Below, one piece after another: positions 24,380 to 38,051 of a stretch of 38,543 nucleotides of DNA (the first letter of the stretch is position 1; each line of letters opens with the position of its first letter). This stretch comes from Parasitella parasitica NRRL 2501 (Eukaryota; Fungi; Mucoromycota), in the NCBI GenBank assembly GCA_025201805.1, contig MU619278.1, forward strand, positions 1 to 38,543, in the 5' to 3' direction. Position numbers and translations under genes: made by a program. The notes beneath the pieces were generated by a model, which saw only the letters and a list, made by a program, of their open reading frames with translations, was not told where the DNA came from and made no database searches.

Positions 24380-25960
24380 ATGAATCGCCTTATATCATAC
24401 ATTGCAAGCTGGATCGATTTTATGCTGTATCTGTACATACATATCACATCGACTATAAACGCCGTGATACTAGTGGCAAGAAAAGACGATCTAGCAAAAC
24501 AATCAAATCCATACAGTGCAGAGGACATGGCTTTGAGGTACCGACGACGAAAGAACCATAATCTGCAGCAGCAACAGCAACAGAAGCAGCGATACGCAAA
24601 AAACCCTGTTTTTGATAAAATTCCTAACGAAATTCTTCTCATCATGTTTGAATCCATGAATGCAACAGACCTGTTCCATTGTTCAACCGTCTCAAAACGT
24701 TGGAATGATCTGGCAATCCCAATTTTATGGCGTTCACCCGTACCAATAAAGCCCATTCTCAGTTGCCTGCCATCATTCGCAGCCATGGACAAAAAATACC
24801 ATATCAAGCATTCGCATCAGAAATCACACTTATCCCCTGGATTTCCTATACACATATCACGCTACGGCCATGCAGTCAAATCTCTTGATTTATCCCACAT
24901 TGCAACCCACGTTACCGACTGTACAATCCGACATATCGCACTCTCGTGCCCTCAGCTCACCAGTTTGAATTTATCGCATTGCCGCCTGCTCACAAACGAG
25001 GCTCTTTCCTACCTGAGCCGTGCACCGCACATTGCCAACCAGCTCCAAGTGCTGAGCCTGCAAAATTGCCGACAAATTACCGATGTTGGATTGAGCCATC
25101 TCACAGCTCAATGCCATGCTTTACAAACGCTTCATTTGGGCGCCTGTCCTGGTATTTCAAGTGATGGTATTATCAGCCTTGTGACAGCATCGGCTAGCAC
25201 CATCCGACGTCTTCGTTTGAGTGATTGCAGCCACATGACAGGATCCACGCTCCACGCGGTTGCTCGTCTCTGTGGTCCCAGGCTTGAGTGGCTGGACATT
25301 GCTCGCACCAAGGCCATCAGACACACAAATTTGGAAGACCTTGTGCAGAATTGCCCCAACCTAACTCGGTTGAACGTATCAATGAAGAAACCTAAACCTC
25401 TTTCCGAGCTGCGTGATCAATTAAGGCAAACCAGAGAGCGTCTTGTCTACTCACATCAAGATGAACGAGGACAGCAACAACTAGATGACACCGTTAATCC
25501 TTTGCACGAACTCATCGACCTGTTGGATCGGTACGACATCCAGGCCAATTTGACCGAGAGATCAGCGCAGCATCGACAATTGATACTAGATCAACAACGT
25601 GCGCGGGACCTTGTACGCTCTTCGACAGTCGAATCAATAATAATGAATTTGAAAAAATTGGAGCATTTGAATCTGTCTCATTGGAACTGCTTGACTGACA
25701 GGACAATTCATGCAATCTCTGTACATGCCCAGCGCTTGAGTTACCTCAACTTGACTGGATGTGATAATAGTGTAACGAAGAGAGGATTAAAGTATCTATG
25801 GGATCTTTGTGAGCGAAAAGCAACCTGCATTACCTTGACGGATCTGATGATATCCCCAGCCAATTCCAGCTTATATGAAAGCGACTCGTCTTGCTGCTCA
25901 TCCGATGACAGCCGTACCAAATCGGCACCTTTGAAGAAAGACTTTTCCAGATCAATCTAG
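24380..25960 (+). CDS. F-box / leucine-rich-repeat protein (FBXL, Grr1/Amn1-like), single exon, 526 aa
   Basis: F-box FDKIPNEILLIMF...CSTVSKRWNDLAIPILWRSP followed by cysteine-containing LRRs (LTSLNLSHCRLLT, LQVLSLQNCRQITD, LEHLNLSHWNCLTD). Confidence 0.9.
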   Translation: MNRLISYIASWIDFMLYLYIHITSTINAVILVARKDDLAKQSNPYSAEDMALRYRRRKNHNLQQQQQQKQRYAKNPVFDKIPNEILLIMFESMNATDLFHCSTVSKRWNDLAIPILWRSPVPIKPILSCLPSFAAMDKKYHIKHSHQKSHLSPGFPIHISRYGHAVKSLDLSHIATHVTDCTIRHIALSCPQLTSLNLSHCRLLTNEALSYLSRAPHIANQLQVLSLQNCRQITDVGLSHLTAQCHALQTLHLGACPGISSDGIISLVTASASTIRRLRLSDCSHMTGSTLHAVARLCGPRLEWLDIARTKAIRHTNLEDLVQNCPNLTRLNVSMKKPKPLSELRDQLRQTRERLVYSHQDERGQQQLDDTVNPLHELIDLLDRYDIQANLTERSAQHRQLILDQQRARDLVRSSTVESIIMNLKKLEHLNLSHWNCLTDRTIHAISVHAQRLSYLNLTGCDNSVTKRGLKYLWDLCERKATCITLTDLMISPANSSLYESDSSCCSSDDSRTKSAPLKKDFSRSI

Positions 25961-26869
25961 TGGACGGGGAGGGCTTGGGAACCACCCTTTCTACACTGTA
26001 CTACATTTATCACCAGCCCATTTTTTTGTATATAACTTTCTTAGATGGCAGGGTACTTTTTTCCCTCTTTTCTTTAGTCACTTGCTGTTTGTTATTTGCT
26101 TTGTTCTGATCTATAGTTATCATCATCATTATTATTGTTTATTCGTTTCATATCTAATGTTTTTTTTTTATATATATATAAACATATATTATACCATTTA
26201 AAACTCGGGCTTTATCATGAAATATCTTTGCTTTATTATGTGTAATGACAACATCGCTTGTGTAAGTTGTTTATCCAATGAGATTAGCCGTAAATATTTG
26301 CGGTACTAACAGGCATTCTATACATACTAACATAAAACATGATAACAAAAAGGTCATGTTACAAGAAAATTTCTCAGAATCTAGAGCAAGATTAAATACT
26401 ATCGCTTCTAGGCACATGTAAAATAAAAGTTACATTTGATATATCATTTCTAAAGGCAACTGCTCTCATCGTTAAATGACATGATTGTAATCAATGGATT
26501 AAGCAGAATTGAAAATCTGTTGTATTTCACGAAGTAAATCTTTTTTTATAGGGACTTGTAAATGTCTTTATGAGGGAAGGAATTAATTGAGAAGGTAGAA
26601 GACGATATAGCAGGCTCGAAATAAGTGAAGACAAAAGAATAAAGCAAAGATAAACCATTTGGGGCCTGTAAATATGGTCGCATTTCATCTTTCAAGTTGA
26701 TTTGAGGATAATTAGTAGCTAATCATTGTATTAAATTTGTATGGAGATTTAAAAACAGACAACTAGTAGCATCTACATTATACCATATCCCAAAAAACCT
26801 GTTGTTGTTTTAGAGGATCTAAGAAGCCTAGGCTGTCAGGTTTACAAAACTGAATCATGGCGTCAAAAA

Positions 26870-27187
26870 ATTATCTAGGAAAGATACATCATCTTTTTTG
26901 TACAATAATTTGAACTAGGAATTTTTTGGAGCTCGACTAAAAAGCTCTGAAAACTACACCCTATACCATAGACGTATGACAAGAGCATCCCCGTCAGTCG
27001 TCGAAAGCACAAACTGCTATAGATGCTCTAATGGCCATCTCTGGCAAACCAGCTATCAAGGTTCTTTTCCCGTATTGAATTCAATTCCCGATCCCTCAAT
27101 AGGATCTTCGATTTGACCACTTTCGCATTCTCTTGTTGATTTCTCGAAATCTACTATATCAGGCGTGGGTACTTTATTATTTGACAT
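26870..27187 (-). pseudogene. Possible heavily decayed MFS (monocarboxylate-permease-like) gene fragment
   Basis: Transporter-like acidic N-terminus MSNNKVPTPDIVDFEKST...GKEP, then short broken pieces (L*QFVLS, YVYGIGCSF) in different frames. Weak similarity only. Confidence 0.25.
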
Positions 27188-28221
27188 GTATAGCCAGTTT
27201 CACAGCGATTTGAATGGTATATTATTTGTTGCTTTTTACATGCAAAATGTTGCGTAAATTTAATAAAGAGTAAAATGCGTTTTTTGCCCAAAAAACAACA
27301 TTTTGGTTATAAAATAGCTTAGAATAATTTATCAACAGTTAGAATCAAGTTTCAGAACTTATTTGTATTAATATATACTATAACAAAAGTGCTCGATTTT
27401 GGGGTCAAAAATGCGATTTTTTGATATCAAGCACTTTTTCATGGGTTAGTATAAGGGTACGAGGCTGAATTTTGCCTTATTTTTCATGGATCAAAAAAAT
27501 TGAGATAATGCGTCAGAAAGATACTCCAGAATTAGAGAAATAGTTTTATGCTATTCTTAGCTTCTAAATCGCGTAATAAGCGCTGGATAACTAGGTTTGA
27601 AAATGTCCATTTCCAGGTGATTTTAGCGTTATATGGGGAATAAAGAATTAAATTAGGGTACGTGACATACAAAACATGTCTTTAATCGCTGCTGAGCATT
27701 GACCTCGTTGTGTTGCCTACTGTTCAGATGCCATTTTCGATTTATACATCGATTCTCAAGCATAAATCTAGGTACACACAGCGTAACATTTATTGCTTGG
27801 GCATTACGCAATAATTACTATATAGTGACCAAGAGCTTTCGTTGTGTATAAAATCTCAAGTTGCAGTTACCGAGCTAAAGAGATAGACAATACATGTGCC
27901 TATACAGTTTGTTCGATTAAGAAGACGTCTGATACTTGGTAATACCGCAGAGAATAATCCTACGCTCTGACACAGCATTCTCACCGAAGCGGCACCCGCT
28001 CCGTCTTTACTGCATACAAGCGGCTTTAAATACATCCGTTTGCCGTTGCGGTGTGCATGAATTTTTCCCTTCTTGAGATCCGACATTTTACAAATTTGAC
28101 TCATTGGACCAACACTCTGTCCCGGAAAACCACGAAAGTAAATATATAGACCAGAAAACACAGGGTCTTTTTTTTTTCTCTTTGTTTTTTTATCCATTAT
28201 ACATCAATATACGCTAAAATC

Positions 28222-30463
28222 ATGTCAATTAAAGTAGATATTCTTGTCAGTGGAGCAGGACCTGTTGGGCTGTTCTTTGCGTATCAGATGGCTCGGCGCG
28301 GCCATTCAGTATTTATAGCGGATCCCAAGACTGGCCCCACAGATCAAAGCCGAGCCATTTTAGTCACTGCACGTACTCTGGAGGTTCTGGAAAGCAAAGG
28401 GTTGGCGGCTGATATTCTTCGAGAGAGCTTTGTCTTTTGCGGTATGCGTATGTTTCAAGGAGGATCTGTTGTAAGTGTCATTTGCTGATTGGGTGCAGGT
28501 ATATGGTATACTAATTTTCGTGTATAGGTTGGCCAAATAGATGCTTGTGGAGATACGCCTTTTGGTCACACTACGGTGCTGATGCAAGGGAAGACTGAAG
28601 AGATTTTCGTTGAGAGACTTGCACAGGACACAGACTGCAAAATTCATTGGGAAACTGAACTTTTGTCTTATACGCAAGACAGTCATAGTGTCAAGTCAGT
28701 CGTTCGTGATATACATACAAGGCAGGAGCAAGTGGTTGAATCTGTTTACATTGTGGGCGCTGATGGAAGTCATTCAAGTGTCAGGAAAGGAAATCCTCAG
28801 TGGACATATGATGGCGTGGCTATTCAGACCAAGTTTATATTGGCTGATTTGACTTTGCATGGCGCAGATGGTGAAGATATCACTTACATGATGGATAGAA
28901 TGAATACGTTTATGACTGGAACAGGTAACCTGATCTCTTTTTCTTTTTTTTTCTTTCTCTTTTTTTACCCTCAATGAATCATTCTAATACATTGCTCTGT
29001 TACGTAATATAGATGTATTGGGCATGATCCGTCTTAATCCCGTTCATCCAACTAAAGATGATTCTCATGTGTTTCGAATTTTTGGCAATTTGGAAGCTTA
29101 TCATATTAGCAATGTCGATCGAAACCTGGTCAGTCATGGCATCGACAAAACCCCTGAAGGGCCACCTACACTCGACTTTATTCAGGAATGGTTGAATAAA
29201 GCTACGGCTCCCCTCAAGTTTGTAGCAAGTGACGTAATCTGGGCCTCTTATTTCAGAATTAATGAAAGAATCGCAAATGGCTTTAGAAAGGATAGAGCAT
29301 TCTTGATTGGAGGTATGTATAAGGTGTACAAGTGTTATGTCCTTAATGACTCATGTTGTATTGCGGGAATAGATGCTGCGCACTGCCATTCACCTGCCGG
29401 AGGACAAGGCATGAATTTGGGATTACAGGATGGTAATAGTCTTATGAATTCTATAATAAACCTATTGTGTTTCTAACTGGTGTATACTATGCATAGCTCA
29501 TAACTTGGCATGGAAAATGTCAGATGTCCTCAAGGGGATGGCATCTCACCCAGAGAAACTTCTTGATTCATACAACGAAGAAGTAACGTAACGCTGATCT
29601 ATAGTAATATCATGCTGCTAATGCCTACAATGTATTTGTATTTACAGAGAGAACCAATCGCCAAAGCAACGATCGAAACTACTAGTAATACCACCAAATT
29701 TGGATTACAGGGAAATGCTCTTTTTGCGTCTATAAGGAATAAAATGCTGGCTATGGCTATTAAATTCCCTTCAGTCAAAGAAACAGCATTCAAAAAGTTA
29801 ATGCAGGTAATGACAGTTTTATGCGATTGTATGTGAAATTTCGTTTTGTATTAATTGCAAGTGTTTGTGTAGCTCTACGTTTCTCTTGACCCTGAGATAT
29901 CAAGCATTGAGCATCAAGAATCTGACAAGGGGCTGATAGAAGCAGGAAAATTTTTACCAGACACTGCACCTTTGCGAAAGAGTTTTGTCACGTCTGCAGG
30001 CAAGGGTCCTCGTCGCATTGAGCGTTCCAGCTTAAGAGAGCTTTTGATTGATAACGAAAAGTACATCGTCATTTTCATTGCCACATGCCTGCCAAGTACA
30101 AGGCCTAATCTAGATCTGATAAAGAAGTTCTGGATTGACACTCGATCTAAACCTGTACGTCGACTAGTTATTCAGTCTGCCTACCATTCCACCTACATGG
30201 CCAAGCTACCGGACTTTGTCACAGATGAAGAAGCATCAACGGCAGAGGAGTCGTTTTACTCAGAAGAAAGAAATAATCTTCCGAATTCTGTTTCTAATCT
30301 TATTGGCCTTTATCCTTTACTTTCATCGTACTTTGCTGGTCAGCGACCCTCTAGCGTGGTTCTTTTCGTTCGTCCGGATATATACATATCTCATGCTAGA
30401 TTAGTAACAAACGAAGCTGAATTGGATACCGCGTTGGAATTCCTCTCAGAATTATACGCGTAA
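28222..30463 (+). CDS. FAD-dependent monooxygenase (FAD_binding_3, PheA/TfdB aromatic hydroxylase type), multi-exon
   Basis: [81 protein letters not shown], C-terminal VLFVRPDIYI. Confidence 0.93.
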
Positions 30464-30584
30464 CTTTAATCCCAATAAATGTAAAGTATCTATTTGAAAC
30501 AAATGATTATTTCACCTTAATCGAGAAATTGGAGGTTTGTTGATTTGACAGACCACCTCCGCTCAGGGGTAATCAGCTTCATTT

Positions 30585-30624
30585 TAGGACTTACTTGAGG
30601 GGCAAATCTGGTCAGTAAGTCCTA
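30585..30624. repeat. Perfect 11-bp inverted repeat (TAGGACTTACT...AGTAAGTCCTA) with an 18-nt spacer
   Basis: Directly visible. Both ends are TA. Confidence 0.8.
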
Positions 30625-31986
30625 TTTATGTCCAATCGCCACCCCTCCCCCCATCCAATCTCCCAATAGTGACCTCTACATAATGCAATACAGTTGCATT
30701 AATGTGAATTGAATGAAAAATTTTTAGTTCTCAAAAAATGAAGGGCTACCGTAAAAAAAAGGCATCATTGATTTGTGCAACCTGAAGCATTTTTCTCGCC
30801 ATATCGCTCTAAAAAAAAAACATTCGGTTAAAACGTGTAGCAAAGTTGTATATTGTACCACCCACTCGAGATACATGTTTACAAGAATTGCATATATGCA
30901 AAACATCATGTACGTTGAACTTGAGATTAGAATCGAGCGGTATACACCGCATACAGATGAATAAGTCAATGCGATTTTCAAAGAGAGAGAGGACATATAA
31001 TTCAAACATAGTCATCTTCATGAGCATAGATCAGAATTTTTTTATAAGCTGCTGCATACACCAATTATTTTGCTTTTAACGATAATCTTTAGATTCTGTA
31101 GTATTCTTCGATCATAGGCCCCGCAGACGAACACCTTGGCGAGATTTATTGAATTACCCATTTTCTTGTTACTAACAGTGCATCCACCTATTAAAATACC
31201 AAGTGTGTAACTTTGAGATGTGTTACGTTGAAAAATTTCATCATTAACCAAACGTCGGGCCCTTTATATCGAGTTTCCACAGTTCATCTGTCAGCTGTTT
31301 TTTATATACATACATGTATAGCAGAAGAAAGATATGTTTTGATATAAGATATTATGGAGGCACGTGTTTTTACAGCTGCATTCCATAAATAACAAGTTTT
31401 CATGACAATAGCAACATGATTCTGCTAAGTTTGGCCATTAAGTTATTCCTATCAATGACTATTGAACGTGTGTTTCAACCCTATTGTCATAAAGTAGATT
31501 CTCCTTACCAAATGAGTATGGATTGAGTACATGCTCTTAAAATTCGCGTTTACATACATTATAGAGGTTTGTACATATGTATAAAAACTACTGTAATATA
31601 AGCATAGGTTTGCATATTTCATGTAATACGAATTGATAGTAAAGATATCACTGCATAAATTTTTTACAGATGTTTGCTTCTTGAGGGACGCTTTTATGTT
31701 ATATACGGGTCTTTTAACATGCTTTATCTATGTCTGAATAATTGGCGTTTCAAATTCTATTTTAGAAAAACCAAAGGCAATGGCCTGTCGTCTCATCCAA
31801 AACCATTTCCAAGTAACTTTCATCACGTACTGAGTCAAAACATTATATATTGAGCTACCAACCATCAAAGCATGACCGTGTTACTTTTTCATTATACTAC
31901 AGGTAATGCATATGCCCATGATTCATATATTTATATATATTATCATATTATACACTAAAGATTTTATTTGGTTATAGATATATAGC

Positions 31987-33781
31987 TCAAGATGATGACT
32001 TGGGAGACAAGACATGGTTTACAAATCTTGCCAAGTCGTTTGAATTGGCACATTGCAACAATCGGCTCTGAACGTGGACATTAATTTCCTACATGAAAAT
32101 TAATAAAAAAAAAAGGCTATTTTAGCTTTTTTGTGTCATACCTGTAAAACATCGACAGCATGTGGTCTTGTGGAAGGCGTTTCATCTAATAGCCAAGCAA
32201 CAAGGCCTCTCATGTACATGGTTGGATAGCTATAAGTGAATGTTGGGCTTGGTTCACTTAAAATGGCAGTAAATAGTTCGGTTTCATCTTTCAGCAGATA
32301 GTGAGGTGGAACACGATCCATCATTTCAATAAGTGTGATGCCCAGTGACCACATATCAATCTTCTCGTCATAAGGCTGTTCGCGGATGACTTCAGGAGCC
32401 ATCCACTTGCTTGTGCCTAATCTCTCACGGTTGCGACGGTTGGTTCTTGTTGCAAGGCCAAAATCGGCTACATTTAGAGAAAGAGAGCGTAAATCGTCCA
32501 TTCATGATTATATGTTTACGTTATGCTGTACCTAGCTTGACTTCGCCGTTCCATCCTAGCAGTAGATTTTCGCATTTAATATCGCGATGGATAAACTGTC
32601 TTGAATGCAAGTAGGCGAGGCCTTTTAGTGTTTCGCATGTAATGTGTACTGCGTATTGCTCAGGAATGCCACGCTGGCAGAGGACAGCAAATACTGAACA
32701 GCGCTGCAGGTCCATTGCCATCCAAACATCTTGTTTCCAAAGTGAAACTTCTCGTAGTCGTATGAGGTTGGTGTGACCTGTAGCCATGATGCGCAACTCA
32801 CGAATGATCGATGCCTTGTATTCGCGATCAGGATCCAAATGGCACCTTTTGATGGCCAAATAGACGTTTTTCTTGAATCGATGCTGCGCTCTGACGACTG
32901 AGCCATTGACACTATGAATCAGATTTTTATTAAGTCATGTCATCTTGCTTGTTGTAGTGTTTTTATTTGCTAACCCTGTGCCTATTTCTTTGAATCCGTC
33001 GTATTTGTTACGTGGGTCTAACGAAGATACTGGCACTTTGGGCAGTGCTTTTCTTATCTTTGTTTCAAATTCATTGGAAGTCCTCACTAGTGGAGGCAAT
33101 AGAGGAATCTCTGTGCAGGTGCCAGCGGGACGCCATGGATGTTTGGATATGTGTTTCTGTAAATTCACTGTGCGCAAAGTATATGTTTTCTCAATTAAAG
33201 GTTCTGGTTTGAGGAAGCAATCGCTACCAAAAACATTGGGTATTTCATAGTATCCTGGTGATCTCCAAACCTAGGGTTTATTTAAGGGGAGGCAGACAAG
33301 AGGAGCAAAAGGGGGTGAGTAAAAACAAAAACAAAACAAAAACAACAAGACAAACCTTTGTATTATTTGAAAAGTCTGTTGATTTTGTGCTCTTGTTGGA
33401 ATATACAGAATCTCTTCTTAAACAGCCTGTGGACCTTCTCTTCATGGACAGATCCATAGTTTTGAGCAATTCCGCTTGTCGAGTAGTTGATTGATGATTG
33501 TCTGCTGTAGTCGATGACTTGGATTTTCTGAGATTGCCTAATGAAGCTCTTTTATTTCCAAGCAAACCACCAAAAGCACGCTATAATTGTTACTATGTGA
33601 GTCTATCATACATTTTGGGTAATATTAGTGCATTTACTCTTCGGCTCTCCTTCAGTGCATCAATCATTGCTTTTCCATTGACTTTATTTAATGATGAAGT
33701 AGCAAACGAATGGGTATTGGCTAGATTTGCATCGCTTCTATTAGAGTGAGTGCTAATAGTAGAAGATTTGCGCCTCAACAT
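31987..33781 (-). CDS. STE20/PAK-like Ser/Thr protein kinase, 6 exons
   Basis: EIGTGVNGSV, YLAIKRC, IIRELRIM, FIHRDIKCENLLL, VKLADFG, LGTSKWMAPEVI, YDEKIDMWSLGITLIEM. Last exon EINVHVQSRLLQCANSNDLARFVNHVLSPKSSS*. Confidence 0.9.
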
Positions 33782-33799
33782 GACGAGATAAGAGCAAGT

Positions 33800-33803
<4 letters not shown>

Positions 33804-33848
<45 letters not shown>
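33804..33848. repeat. (GA)n microsatellite, CT-rich on the kinase sense strand just upstream of its ATG
   Basis: Directly visible. Confidence 0.9.
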
Positions 33849-34211
33849 AAGAGGATTATTTTTGTTTGTGTCTATATATGTCTGCTGCTGAAGAGATCTA
33901 GGCCAGCGAATTTAAAGCTTCTTGATAAATTATCGCAATACAGTGTTTAGATAGAGTATAGTGGCGCTGCACAACCCCATTCAGACATACGTTTGTCCAC
34001 GTGTGTGAGTGTGTATATATTTACAACTATTTCAAGCGATACGAAAGGGGGTTTTATTGTACATGAAAATATTGAATGGCTCTAATGTGCCTACAGAGAC
34101 TAGTGTAAGCTTCCTATGCTCCACATATGAATACTACCATGTTTATCAAAAGAATTAGCCAGCTCAAGATGAATTTTTTTTGCTCAGGCATTGTATATAT
34201 GGCTACGTGCC

Positions 34212-34241
34212 TGTGTGTGTGTGTGTGTGTATGTGTGTGTG
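34212..34241. repeat. (TG)n microsatellite
   Basis: Directly visible. Confidence 0.9.
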
Positions 34242-35664
34242 CTGCATCTCATTTTAACATTAGTTTCAGACTTGATCAGCAGACATGATGAAAATCTCGT
34301 ATGTATTGATGGACAACAATCAAAAAAATGTTTATATTCATCGATTCAAGAAGGAATTTTTCCATACCATGTAAATAAAAAGGTAGACGAGGTATTTCTC
34401 TCCATTCGATCCATGGTGTAAAATATTCAAATGATGCTGTGATATGAACAATAACAATTTAAACCTTAAAAATCAAATTTAACTTAATTCTGCAAAAAGT
34501 GTCTTGTGAATATTATTTATAACCAGAGACAACTCCTTGATTTTCCTTTCGTTTACCACTATATAATAGGGCTCTAGTCAGCATTATATCATCGACAATT
34601 ACAAGTTGTCTTGCAAGTACCTATAACAGGAAAGATTATAAAGAGAGCCCTTTTAACCGCACTACAAATGATCCATGTACATCAAGCGTATTTGTTATTG
34701 TTGTTGTTTTTGTTGTTGTTGTTACAAGGCATATATGAAGAGAGAGATTTTTTTTTCTGTGTGTGTCAGTTTCTCCTGATTTACGTGTCAAAGTGACATT
34801 TTGCAATCTGTTGCTCGTAGTAGCACAATAACAACGGAAGCAATTTGTAGGCATCCATTCCGGCCATCAAAACTTTTTAATTTGCATCATGAAAACTCTG
34901 CATAAAAAAACACTCCTTTTCTTCTTTGTTGACTATTGCTTACAGCTCGCTCATATTTGAATAAAACAAAAATAATCCCGTAGATCCATGTAAGTCTCCT
35001 GCACTTTTCAGGTTTTATTTAGAAGCAGGGTTAGGGTTGATAAATGAGTGGGTTACCGGGATTACTTTCCTTGTATCAATTAAAGCTAATTGCAAATATA
35101 GCCTATTTTTGTCTTTCTGATTTCCAAGCAAAACACATTTGAATGCATGTTTGCATAGCTTGTACAGAATTCTAAAGACCAATTGAAGATTCTGCTATTG
35201 TTGTATAACGCAAAGAACTATATAGTAGAAAATTCACTCGATAAGCGCATCTTTCAAGTGCACTCCTTAAACTAGTTTGGCAAGCTTGTCCAAAAAAACA
35301 TGATTTAACTGGGAATTTTGCTATAATGCGGCGGAAATATATGTTTTCTTGGACTTGCATTCGGTCTACAATGAACAATAAATGATATAGTCCTTATGAA
35401 TAGATCTAGTGGTTTACAACGGTCATATTAACGTGGATTCTTAGCATCCAATGAGATACCCGAAAATTTGGGTAATCGAAATGCCAAATAGATCAAGGTA
35501 CGATGAGGATAATCACTTTGATGCATTCATTTTAGGCGCGGGGCTCATACAAACATCTAGACTTTGATGAGGCTTGAGTAAGAGTTGGTTGCCTGAACAC
35601 AACAAAGCCACTATAGAACCAAATTAGTCATCTATCAATAAATAAACACTTCGTTTTCAAATAG

Positions 35665-36764
<1,100 letters not shown>

Positions 36765-37026
36765 TTTATTCTGATCACTTTATATTTACTACTCTGTTGT
36801 CATATTATCGTATTTTCAAATTAAACTCACAAATTTTTTTTTTTTGCAAGACCTAAATGAATCTCACAATCAAACTCACAAAAATGATATAGGATTATAA
36901 TAAAAAAGCATCATGCTATTCGCATTTTGGCATTGCATATATAAATATACTTCGCTCTTTACTTTGCATCTATACCATTTAGATTTTTTTTTTGGAACTA
37001 TAAAATCATCTCTTTAAACATAATTT

Positions 37027-38007
37027 ATCCAGCCTAAAAGCCTTCAACGCAACATCACACATATAACTGTGGAAACTCGAGAGAAAATCTACTTTGACCA
37101 TTTATTGGCTTCATGTCAGTAAAAGAAATTTGTCAAAAATATCGAATTCAAAACACTCCGAGTTATCCTTGATCGGTTTCGCAGAACTAATAAGATTGAA
37201 CACCATCCTCGGGCACAAACTATAAAGATTCAGCAAATCCACCCTGAATTTTTAAGATGAAGAAGATGAGGGAAGTATTTTGACATTAGAGCAACTTCAG
37301 CAGAAACATATTGATGCGTTTCCAGAAAAATTCCCTCCAAAAAATGCAATTGGAATTTCTACATAAAACTCAAAGAATAAAAGAGAGCGAAAGAATTACT
37401 GTGTTGGCCTTTTGCATAACGATATTAATTATTTGACAAATTGTATTTTTGTTGATGAAAGTAGATTTAATGCTTTCATGGTAACCGGATGTGCAAGATC
37501 CGCCAAAGGAAAGACGGCCCATGTAATCACAAAGACGAAAGTAGGCAACAATATTTCAATCATTGGTGCTATTCAAGCAAAAAGAGCTGAATCTTCGCAA
37601 ACTGTTACGATAGATATGGTTCTATAAAAAGTTTTTTCTTTGCTGAAATCATCAAGCAGCTGTTGGAATGGGTTGATATGGACTATCCGCAAGAAGAATT
37701 CTATGTTATTATGGATGATGTAGAATTTTACAAGAGTCTTATTGTACAGGATTTTTCTAAACACTCAAAACATAACTGCCATTTTTTCCCAACATATTCT
37801 CCTATGCCAAATTCTATAGAAACTAGCTTCAGCAAATTGAAAGGCTTTGTTAGAAGGAACCCAAAGGAAAACAAAGAAACTCTCTTGGAGCTCATTAAGG
37901 AAGCAGAGAACAAAATAAATCCTCAAGACTGTGAAGGATGAGTCCATCACTCTGCCATTAATGTCAATGGATGTATTGCTGGAGAAGATCTCACATTTGA
38001 AAATTAG
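37027..38007 (+). mobile_element. Decayed IS630/Tc1-mariner (DD34E) transposase pseudogene
   Basis: HTH-like N-terminal pieces (ITVETREKIYFDH, MSVKEICQKY, ILTLEQLQQK), NCIFVDESRFN, ARSAKGK, NISIIGAI, FYVIMDD...PTYSPMPNSIE (34 residues between D and E), FSKLKGFVRR, DCEG*VHHS. Several frameshifts and stops. TIRs not identified. Confidence 0.88.
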
Positions 38008-38026
38008 TGTTTATACGGTATTTTAT

Positions 38027-38051
38027 TAAGAGCATCACCAACGGAGGTGCT
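38027..38051 (-). mobile_element. PIF/Harbinger-like transposon terminus (TAA/TTA target site + GAGCATCACCAACGG), putative 3' end of the Fanzor-carrying element
   Basis: ttaaGAGCATCACCAACGGaggtgct resembles the GAGCATCTCCAA-type ends with a 3-bp TWA target site known from Harbinger/Tourist elements. The partner end would lie outside the window. Confidence 0.55.

Noticed and set aside
27200-27670. Transposon-like AT-rich tract (similar texture at 30720-31060)
   Set aside because: No paired termini, target-site duplication or coding remnant could be shown within the window.
19634-30463. Methyltransferase + MFS + FAD monooxygenase as a metabolic gene cluster
   Set aside because: No backbone enzyme is present, the genes are separated by KXD1 and an F-box gene, and the methyltransferase is a pseudogene.
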